Position numbers and translations under genes: made by a program. From contig JAVRCJ020000048.1 of the NCBI GenBank assembly GCA_034530875.2, forward strand, positions 1-51,226: 51,226 nucleotides of DNA, in the 5' to 3' direction. Below the pieces are notes generated by a model. The model was not told the origin of the DNA. It did no database searches and was given only the letters and a program-made list of their open reading frames with translations. Positions 40,079 through 48,333 of this stretch are shown here, piece by piece. Position 1 is the first letter of the stretch, and each line of letters starts with the position of its first letter. This stretch comes from Nostoc sp. DedSLP01 (lineage in GTDB: Bacteria; Cyanobacteriota; Cyanobacteriia; Cyanobacteriales; Nostocaceae).

Positions 40079-41524
40079 ATGACATTACCGTCTACACAAC
40101 TCGTCACCTCCAACGCTACGGACTCGACAACCCAAGCAAAATCCGGTGGTTGCGGCTGCGATAGCAGTACCACCGTGGAAATGGACGAAAAACTCCAAGA
40201 ACGCATTGCCAAACATCCCTGCTACAGCGAAGACGCCCATCACCACTACGCGCGGATGCACGTTGCAGTTGCTCCCGCCTGTAACATTCAATGCAACTAT
40301 TGCAACCGCAAATATGACTGTGCTAACGAAAGCCGTCCTGGAGTAGTTAGCGAGTTGCTGACACCAGAAGAAGCAGCACATAAAGCTTTGGTAATTGGAG
40401 GTAAGATTCCTCAAATGACAGTTGTGGGAATTGCCGGCCCTGGCGACCCACTTGCTAACCCAGACAAGACATTCCGTACATTTGAGTTGATTGCCGAGCA
40501 AGCACCAGATATTAAACTTTGTTTATCTACCAATGGTTTAATGCTGCCGGACTACATCGATCGCATTAAACAATTAAATATAGATCACGTCACGATCACC
40601 ATTAACATGGTAGATCCAGAGATCGGTGCCAAGATTTATCCTTGGGTTCACTACAAGCGCAGGCGTTACAGAGGCATTGAAGGCGCAAGAATTCTCCACG
40701 AAAGACAAATGGAAGGATTGCAAGCCCTCAAAGAAGCTGACATCTTGTGCAAAGTCAACTCTGTGATGATTCCCGGAATCAACGACCATCACCTAGTTGA
40801 AGTGAATCGAGTCATTCGTGAAAAAGGTGCATTCTTGCACAACATCATGCCATTGATTTCTGCACCAGAACATGGCACACACTTCGGTTTAACCGGTCAA
40901 CGCGGCCCCACACCCAAAGAACTTAAAGAACTCCAAGACAACTGCTCTGGTAACATGAAAATGATGCGTCACTGTCGCCAGTGTCGCGCCGATGCAGTCG
41001 GATTGCTAGGAGAAGACCGCAGCCAGGAATTTTCCAAAGATAAATTCTTGGAAATGACTCCAGAATATGACATGGAACAACGCGCTAGCGTTCATGAAGG
41101 CATTGAGAAGTTTAAAGAAGAAATTAAAGTAGCCAAAGAGAAGGCGCTAGCTGGCAAGAAATTTGCCAACAAACCCAAAGTTTTAGTTGCAGTAGCAACC
41201 AAAGGCGGCGGGTTGGTTAACCAGCACTTCGGCCATGCTAAAGAATTCCAAATTTACGAAGTGGATGGTAATGAAGTTCGCTTTATCAGTCATCGCAAAA
41301 TAGACCAATATTGCCAAGGTGGATACGGCGAAGAAGCTTCTTTCGAGTATATTATGAAGGCGATCGCAGATTGCAAAGCAGTTTTAGTTTCCAAAATTGG
41401 TAACTGTCCCAAAGAAAAATTGCAAGAAGCCGGTATACAGACTGTTGAAGCTTACGACGTAATTGAGAAGGTTGCTTTGGAGTTTTACGAACAATACGTA
41501 AAGGAATTAGGGAATAGGGAATAG
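40079..41524 (+). CDS. nifB: Nitrogenase cofactor biosynthesis radical SAM protein NifB
   Basis: [36 protein letters not shown]-terminal NifX-like domain. Confidence 0.98.
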   Translation: MTLPSTQLVTSNATDSTTQAKSGGCGCDSSTTVEMDEKLQERIAKHPCYSEDAHHHYARMHVAVAPACNIQCNYCNRKYDCANESRPGVVSELLTPEEAAHKALVIGGKIPQMTVVGIAGPGDPLANPDKTFRTFELIAEQAPDIKLCLSTNGLMLPDYIDRIKQLNIDHVTITINMVDPEIGAKIYPWVHYKRRRYRGIEGARILHERQMEGLQALKEADILCKVNSVMIPGINDHHLVEVNRVIREKGAFLHNIMPLISAPEHGTHFGLTGQRGPTPKELKELQDNCSGNMKMMRHCRQCRADAVGLLGEDRSQEFSKDKFLEMTPEYDMEQRASVHEGIEKFKEEIKVAKEKALAGKKFANKPKVLVAVATKGGGLVNQHFGHAKEFQIYEVDGNEVRFISHRKIDQYCQGGYGEEASFEYIMKAIADCKAVLVSKIGNCPKEKLQEAGIQTVEAYDVIEKVALEFYEQYVKELGNRE

Positions 41525-41675
41525 GGAGTAGGGAGTAGGGGAAGATAACACAGATGAGCGAGTCTGGGGAGATTATAAAAAGCCTCCTACCCTTCCCACT
41601 TTTCCCACCCCTCCTACACTCCCCACTCCCTACTCACCACTCCCCACTCCCCATCCTCAAAAAGGAGAAATAATC

Positions 41676-41996
41676 ATGGCTTACAAAATTACTAGCCAAT
41701 GTATTTCCTGTGATTTGTGTCTGTCTGTATGTCCTACCGGTGCAATCAAAATAGTTGATGGTAATCGCTGGATAGATCCCGAACTTTGCACAAACTGTGT
41801 CGGTAGCATTCATACAGTGCCTCAGTGTAAAGCTGGTTGTCCCACCTGTGATGGTTGCGTGAAACAGCCTACAGATTATTGGGAAGGCTGGTTTGCCAAT
41901 TACAATCGCGTCCTTGCAAAATTAACAACTAATAAACAAGATTACTGGGAACGTTGGTTTAACTGCTATTCTCAGAAGCTTACACTATCAAACTAA
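41676..41996 (+). CDS. fdxN: Ferredoxin FdxN, C-terminus apparently replaced (5' part of an interrupted gene)
   Basis: CISCDLCLSVCP, CTNC...QCKAGCP, DYWEGWF/DYWERWF; ends YSQKLTLSN. Confidence 0.9.
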   Translation: MAYKITSQCISCDLCLSVCPTGAIKIVDGNRWIDPELCTNCVGSIHTVPQCKAGCPTCDGCVKQPTDYWEGWFANYNRVLAKLTTNKQDYWERWFNCYSQKLTLSN

Positions 41997-42122
41997 TGAA
42001 AAATGGGTTGAGGGCAGGGTATAAGCTTTTAGCTGACGACAAACTCTTTCACATCCAGCATCTCTGCGGTATGATTCATTTCCAGTAGATTTTATTTGGA
42101 TATGTGCAGTTAAGACAAAAAC

Positions 42123-42282
42123 GGCGTTGCTGATTGGCGGGATGATTTTTGCCTCACGCAGAGACGCAGAGGAGGACACTTCCGTGGGCGGGTTTCCCGA
42201 CTTGAGGAAAGTGTCCGTCGCGCAGAGAGTAAGAGTTTGAGAAATTGAATTTTTAATTTTCATCCCCAGATTCAGCAATGCC
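42123..42282. mobile_element. MITE with GGCGTTGCTGA termini, internal CGCAGAG repeats and a nested hairpin repeat
   Basis: 42123-42145 vs reverse complement of 42260-42282, 18/23 match. Confidence 0.7.
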
Positions 42283-45200
42283 AAAATTTCCTTTTGTCTG
42301 AAATGTAAATTTTAACAATTCAATATATTTTTGTAGCATTAAGCGAATATCTTTGTAAGTAAAATACATCCTGTCGTACTCCACGTCTATACTTACATCC
42401 CCTTCATAGAAATCTATTGACACAGCATAATTTAAAGGAAAGTTAAATCTGTCGTGGGACTTGCTTCCATTCATCTTCAAGCCAGTATTAACCCAAAGAT
42501 TTTTGGAATTACTGGAGGCTACAAAGTTAAATGTAGTGAAAAATAACTCCATCTTTGCTTGATCTGACAAAATTTGGAGTAATGGATATCTGACATAAGG
42601 TTCCATATCAATTAAAGATTGATGCACATTTTTTATTTGTAGGCTTTTATCTTCAATAGTTTGTTGACAAAACGGAACTATATTCCAGAATAAACCTAAC
42701 GTTTTGAACGGATCGGATAGTCTTTCTGTCCTACCATTTGAGACAATTCCTACAGAAACCGTATTTTCTTTCATTTCAGTTCCAATTAGGTCAAGATAGT
42801 TACTCAAAAATATTGCTTTTGGTGAAACTCTCAATTTTCCACATAATTGACGTAAATCAACAATTATTTCCGAGCCAAGATTGTATCTTTCAGTGACAGC
42901 TTCTACTTCCTCTACTGGAGTGTTTAACTGCTTCAAGGGTGTATATGTATAGTTTTTCAGTTGAAGTTTCCAAAAATTTGCTGCATCTTTCGACCCAAGA
43001 ACTTCTTTCTCCAATGCCACAAACTCCTTATACACAATGTTAGAGGTGGTTATTGTTATTTCTTCTTCTTTCTTCAGAGCAGAATATAACTCGTACAATT
43101 GGTTTAAAAATTCAATATTGCTCCAACCATCTATAATTGCATGATGAATTGACATCAAGAATTCAAACATATTTTCAGATTTTTGAAAAATATGAAATCG
43201 AAAAAGTGGCTGATTCGGATTTTCAATTTGGAATAAGTTTTGCCGATCGCGCTTAATCACACAATCAAGATAATCTTTTTGCTCGTTTGATTTGAGGTGA
43301 CTAATATCTTCCTGATAGATTGAAAATTCCAGATTCTTTCTTACTGCCTGAACTGCTGGCTTTCCACCTTGTATAATAAATACAGTCCGCAAAATTGGAT
43401 GTTTTTGCACTAACAACTCTAATGCCTTCTTGAAAGCATTTAACGAAAGATTGTCATCTTCTAAATCATACAATCCTTGGCAGTGATAAACACCCATTTT
43501 TTGATTGTTCCTTGAGTAATGATGCAACATAAACTCCTGCATTTTGGTAAGAGGATATGCTGATTCAGCATCTTCGGGCAATAATTCGGAGATTCCCTCT
43601 GGAATTTCTAATAAATGGAGGGGTATAGGAACTTGATTTTCATCTCTTTGGTAATTATTTAATCCTTGAGCAAGGCTGTCAAACATCTGATTCTCGAATC
43701 GATCAAATCTATACTCTCTTGGCTCAAGAGATAAACAATGAGCAATTAGCGATCGCAATGCTTCAACAAAATCCTGAGCTAAACTTTCAATTGTCGTATG
43801 TTTGTGAAAATTTTCGCTGTAAGTCCAATCTACCTGTAACTGACCTTCTATGATAATTGAATTAATAGCTAATAAATGACTGCGGTATCCAAGCAGACTG
43901 TATTCTGAACCGATTGATTCGGCGGCTATTTTAAACACAGAATTTTCTTGCATCCCCCAGTCGAATTGCCCCAGGTAATTGAAACTGACTTCAGCTTTGG
44001 CAAGTGCTTCAAGTGTAGAGGTAATTTCTGCATCTCCACTTAAATAACGCAGCAAACCATAGCCAATGCCTCGATTGGGTATGGTACGGAGTTGTTCTTT
44101 AACAGACTTGATTGCATCTCCTAAATTGTCAGTTGCTTTTAATGTTAAAAGCACGGGAAAGATTGTCGTAAACCAACCAACTGTACGAGATAAATCTACA
44201 TCTTCAAATATATCTTCTCGCCCATGACCTTCAAGGTCGAGTAGCAGAGAATTACCACCACTCCATTTACTTAAAACCTGCACTAGAGCAGTCAGCAGGA
44301 CATCATTAATCTGAGTTTTGTAACCTTTAGGAACATCTTGCAATAAAGCACGAGTTTCTTCAATATTCAGCGACACCGATACCGTGCGGGCAGATGCTAC
44401 AGTGTTATCGTCACAAGCAAAGTCCACTGGTATGCTCAAAACCTGTTGACGTGATTGTGCCTGCCAATATGCCAGCTCTGATTTTAGAGTATTTGAGCGT
44501 GCATACTCCGCCAGTTTCAAAGCCCAGTATTTAAAAGATGTTGTCTTGGCAGGAAGCTGAATTTTTTGACCCCGACTAAGCTGTTGATAACCTGAAAATA
44601 AATCCTCTAACAAAATCCGCCATGAAACGCCGTCCACTGCTAGGTGGTGGATAACTATTAGTAAACGGTTGGGTTTACCATTACCTAAGGTAAAAAATAC
44701 TACTTTTATCAGTGGATCGCGAGAGAGGTTGAAGCTAGTTTGTAGGCTAGTAGCAGCAGTTTCAATGGTAGCTTTTTGCTCCTCGTTTGGTATAGTCGAT
44801 AAATCTATCTGGGAAAAAGGAATTGTGTCATAGCTCTCAGTATTGATTTGTTGCCAACAGTCACCAGACTGTACAAAGCTTAAGCGCAGCGCATCGTGAT
44901 GCACTAACAATTGCTGCACTACTTGCAACAACAGGGTGGGGTCGAAAGTTTGTGGTATTTCCAACAGGAAAGCTTGATTGAAGTGCTGAGGTTCTGGTAA
45001 ATTTTGTGCAAAAAACCAGTGCTGAATGGGCGTTAGTGGTAATGACCCAGTTACTTGACCTTGTTCTGCCCGGACAGTTGCAGTAGTACGGGCTACGCTG
45101 GCTAATTCTGCAATGGTCTGGTGTTCAAATATCTGTTTGGGATTGAGTTGCAGTCCTGCTTGATTGGCTTTGGAAATAATCTGAATGCTAACAATCGAAT

Positions 45201-48200
45201 CCCCTCCTAGCTCAAAAAAGTTATCGTCGATGCTAACTTGCTCGAGGTGGAGAACATCACACCAGATTTGAGCTAGTGTTTTTTCAACCACAGTACGGGG
45301 TGCTACTCTAGATGTTGTTAGTTGTTGATGTGCTGTTTGAGGTGTTGGTAGAGAGCGACGATCTACTTTGCCATTAGGTGTTAATGGCAGGGCATCCAAG
45401 ATCGCAAACGCTCCTGGAATCATGTAATTGGGTAGTTTTTCTTTAAGGAAACTGCGTAGCTCACTGCTAGTAGTTGCTAAGTCCTGGTTAGCAACGATGT
45501 AGGCTACCAAGTATTTGTGCGCAGGAACATCTTCTCGCACTACAACCACAGTTTCTCGCACTGCTGGGTGTTGGCTCAGTGCTGCCTCTATCTCGCCCAA
45601 CTCAATGCGGAAACCCCGTATTTTAATTTGATTGTCAATGCGTCCTAAGTATTCGATATTACCATTATCTAGATAGCGTACTAAATCGCCAGTCTTATAA
45701 AGACGGGAATAAGGTTCATCGCTAAAAGGGTTGGGGATGAATTTCTCATTAGTCAACTCTCTTTGATTGAGATAACCTCTTGCTAACCCAACACCACCGA
45801 TGTGCAGTTCTCCCGGTACGCCAATCGGCACTGGTTGTAGGTGCGAGTCTAGAATGTAGACTTGTGTGTTGGCAATTGGACAACCAATAGTCACTTTCTC
45901 GTCTTTTGAAGTGCATTTGACAATTGTGGTACAGACGCTAGCTTCTGTCGGCCCGTAGGCGTTGAAGAAGTTTCTGCCAGCAGACCATTTCTTTATCAGT
46001 TCAATAGAACAAGCTTCTCCGGCGACAATGATTGTTTGCAGTGATGGGAGTTCTTCAGTTGGCATCACTGCCAATGCTGATGGTGGTAGGGTGATATGGG
46101 TAATGCAGTCATCGCGTAATCGCTCAATTAACGGCATACCGGGCATGAGAGAGTCTTTTGTTCCTAGAACCAGCGTTGCCCCCGATCCAAAAGCCATCAA
46201 AATTTCCGAAATGGAAGCATCAAAACTCACAGAGGCAAACTGGAGAACCTGACTATTACAATCTAAGCCAAAAGTTTCAATCTGGGCTTGAGCTAGGTTG
46301 CATAGTCCTTTATGCTCAACCATTACGCCTTTAGGTTTGCCTGTAGATCCTGATGTGTAAATCACATTAGCCAGATGAAAAGGTCTGACTTCACTTGTTA
46401 GCTTATCTTGATTGTTTCGCTCGATTTGTTCGCAGACTTCATCCAAACACACAACCTGCGCTTGATGCTTTGGTAGTCTCTCAAGGAGTGATTGCTGAGT
46501 CACCAGAAATGAAAGGTTAGCATCTTCTAACATGAAGCTTAAACGGTCTTGGGGATATTCTGGATCGAGTGGCACATAAGCCCCACCTGCTTTGAGGATG
46601 CCGAGCAATCCTACAATCATCTCTAAAGAACGTTCCAGACAAATTCCCACCATTACCTCTGGTTTAACGCCCAATGTTTGCAGGTAATGCGCTAACTGGT
46701 TTGCCCAAGCATTTAATTCTCGATAGGTAAGTTGTTTTTCTGCAAACACTACCGCTACAGCATCGGGATATTGCTCGACAACAGCCTCAAACAGTTCGTG
46801 GATACACTTATCCTGGGGATATTCCTTAGCAGTATCGTTCCATTCGACTAGCAATTGCTGACGTTGCTTTGCTGTAAGCAAAGGCAATTCGTAAAGTCGT
46901 ACTCTGGGATTATCAATCATTCCTGCCAATAAAGTTAAGAAATGATCTCCCATCCTGGCAATCATATCTGTATCGAAGCCTTGGCATAGCCCAACCCAGG
47001 CATCGCGCTCATAAGTAATTCGCGCTGACAACTCCTCACCTAGCATCACTTCTAATGTCAGAGGATAATTTGTCCGTTCAATCCCTCGCATATCAGTAAT
47101 TTGTAAACTGTCAGGAGGCGAGAATAAATTATCTCCTTCTGGGTAGTTCTCAAACACCACAATACTTTCAAATAAGGAAGTTCCCGGTGGTACTTCACTT
47201 AATCGTTGTATCTGGGAAAGCGAAATATAGGAATACTGTTCCCGTTCAAGCTGCTGCTGTTGTAACTGCAAAAGCCAAGGTAACAGTTCGCTTTCACTTT
47301 CAACTTGCACCCGTACTGGTAAGGTATTAATAAACAGCCCTACCATAGATTCCACCCCTGATAATGTAGGAGGACGACCAGACACAGTAGCACCAAATAT
47401 AATATCTTTTTCACCGCTATACCGACTCAAAAGCAACGCCCAAGCTGCGGTAACAAAAGTAGAAACAGTTATGCGATGTTTTTGTGCTAAAGACTTGAGG
47501 GTGGCGGTAGCTGTTGCGGATAAGTGTAGAGAAAGTTCTTCGTAAGTCTTTTTTTGTTGAGAATTTGGCGGCAGAACTTGACTTTTTAACAGGGAAGTGG
47601 GAGCAAGAAAGCCAGAGAGGTTTTTTTGCCAATATGCGATCGCTTGATTTTTATCTTGCTGCTGCAACCAAGCAATATAATCACTATAAGGACGAGTTGG
47701 CGGTAAATATAAATCTTTTCCTATTTTCAGAGCTTTGTAAAAGGCAAAAACCTCTTTGTAGATGATGGGTAAACACCAACCATCTGTCAGTATATGATGA
47801 GAACTCTCAATAAATTTGTAAGTCCCTTGGGCTAGCTTAATCAGAGTACAGCGAATTAGCGGTGCTTTATCCAGAGCAAAGCCTTTATTTCTATCTGATT
47901 CTAAAAAGACTTCTAGCTGTTGTTCCTGCTCAAGGGGAGATAAGGAACACCAGTCTAAGTAAGTCCAAGGCAAATTAACTTTCTTGAGTACAACTTGGAG
48001 TAGCTGAGTGCGGTTCTCCCAAACAAAAAGGGTACGCAAAACAGGGTGGCGTTCTACGACTTTCGCCCAAGCCTGCTCAAAAGCAGAAACATCTAAATTA
48101 CCGCGCACAGTAAAGCTTAACTGCTCAAAGTAAACCCCAGATTCAGGTTCGTAAAGGGTATGAAAAAGCATTCCCTCTTGCATCGGGGAAAGGGGATAAA

Positions 48201-48246
48201 TAGCTTCAATATTTTTGTTTTTGTTTGGTTGGTGGGCAGTTGCCAT
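42253..48246 (-). CDS. NRPS: C-A(Tyr predicted)-PCP-E-C, no thioesterase
   Basis: HHILTDGW (C); YTSGSTGKPKG and NAYGPTE (A); FFELGGDSI (PCP); HHLAVDGVSW, EGHGRE, RGIGYG, FNYLGQFD (E); HHAIIDGWS (terminal C). Confidence 0.93.
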   Translation of the reverse strand: MATAHQPNKNKNIEAIYPLSPMQEGMLFHTLYEPESGVYFEQLSFTVRGNLDVSAFEQAWAKVVERHPVLRTLFVWENRTQLLQVVLKKVNLPWTYLDWCSLSPLEQEQQLEVFLESDRNKGFALDKAPLIRCTLIKLAQGTYKFIESSHHILTDGWCLPIIYKEVFAFYKALKIGKDLYLPPTRPYSDYIAWLQQQDKNQAIAYWQKNLSGFLAPTSLLKSQVLPPNSQQKKTYEELSLHLSATATATLKSLAQKHRITVSTFVTAAWALLLSRYSGEKDIIFGATVSGRPPTLSGVESMVGLFINTLPVRVQVESESELLPWLLQLQQQQLEREQYSYISLSQIQRLSEVPPGTSLFESIVVFENYPEGDNLFSPPDSLQITDMRGIERTNYPLTLEVMLGEELSARITYERDAWVGLCQGFDTDMIARMGDHFLTLLAGMIDNPRVRLYELPLLTAKQRQQLLVEWNDTAKEYPQDKCIHELFEAVVEQYPDAVAVVFAEKQLTYRELNAWANQLAHYLQTLGVKPEVMVGICLERSLEMIVGLLGILKAGGAYVPLDPEYPQDRLSFMLEDANLSFLVTQQSLLERLPKHQAQVVCLDEVCEQIERNNQDKLTSEVRPFHLANVIYTSGSTGKPKGVMVEHKGLCNLAQAQIETFGLDCNSQVLQFASVSFDASISEILMAFGSGATLVLGTKDSLMPGMPLIERLRDDCITHITLPPSALAVMPTEELPSLQTIIVAGEACSIELIKKWSAGRNFFNAYGPTEASVCTTIVKCTSKDEKVTIGCPIANTQVYILDSHLQPVPIGVPGELHIGGVGLARGYLNQRELTNEKFIPNPFSDEPYSRLYKTGDLVRYLDNGNIEYLGRIDNQIKIRGFRIELGEIEAALSQHPAVRETVVVVREDVPAHKYLVAYIVANQDLATTSSELRSFLKEKLPNYMIPGAFAILDALPLTPNGKVDRRSLPTPQTAHQQLTTSRVAPRTVVEKTLAQIWCDVLHLEQVSIDDNFFELGGDSIVSIQIISKANQAGLQLNPKQIFEHQTIAELASVARTTATVRAEQGQVTGSLPLTPIQHWFFAQNLPEPQHFNQAFLLEIPQTFDPTLLLQVVQQLLVHHDALRLSFVQSGDCWQQINTESYDTIPFSQIDLSTIPNEEQKATIETAATSLQTSFNLSRDPLIKVVFFTLGNGKPNRLLIVIHHLAVDGVSWRILLEDLFSGYQQLSRGQKIQLPAKTTSFKYWALKLAEYARSNTLKSELAYWQAQSRQQVLSIPVDFACDDNTVASARTVSVSLNIEETRALLQDVPKGYKTQINDVLLTALVQVLSKWSGGNSLLLDLEGHGREDIFEDVDLSRTVGWFTTIFPVLLTLKATDNLGDAIKSVKEQLRTIPNRGIGYGLLRYLSGDAEITSTLEALAKAEVSFNYLGQFDWGMQENSVFKIAAESIGSEYSLLGYRSHLLAINSIIIEGQLQVDWTYSENFHKHTTIESLAQDFVEALRSLIAHCLSLEPREYRFDRFENQMFDSLAQGLNNYQRDENQVPIPLHLLEIPEGISELLPEDAESAYPLTKMQEFMLHHYSRNNQKMGVYHCQGLYDLEDDNLSLNAFKKALELLVQKHPILRTVFIIQGGKPAVQAVRKNLEFSIYQEDISHLKSNEQKDYLDCVIKRDRQNLFQIENPNQPLFRFHIFQKSENMFEFLMSIHHAIIDGWSNIEFLNQLYELYSALKKEEEITITTSNIVYKEFVALEKEVLGSKDAANFWKLQLKNYTYTPLKQLNTPVEEVEAVTERYNLGSEIIVDLRQLCGKLRVSPKAIFLSNYLDLIGTEMKENTVSVGIVSNGRTERLSDPFKTLGLFWNIVPFCQQTIEDKSLQIKNVHQSLIDMEPYVRYPLLQILSDQAKMELFFTTFNFVASSNSKNLWVNTGLKMNGSKSHDRFNFPLNYAVSIDFYEGDVSIDVEYDRMYFTYKDIRLMLQKYIELLKFTFQTKGNFGIAESGDEN
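46981..47001 (-). repeat. 21-bp SDR1-like insertion in a HIP1 site within the NRPS
   Basis: Minus strand GCGAT-[GCCTGGGTTGGGCTATGCCAA]-GGC adds AWVGLCQ. Confidence 0.7.
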
Positions 48247-48333
48247 TGTTTTATTTTGGAGAAACTGGTGGTATAAATTGAGTGTTTCTAAAGCTTTGAG
48301 CAATCAACACTGTCCGAAGCTATAGGACTGTGG

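Noticed and set aside
39831..40212. ORFs 39831-40082 (+) and 39922-40212 (-)
   Set aside because: They lie in the long nifB leader or antisense to nifB and show no recognisable protein features.
41988..42284. 98-aa minus-strand ORF between fdxN and the NRPS
   Set aside because: It is mostly MITE sequence and is not similar to nifS or a recombinase.
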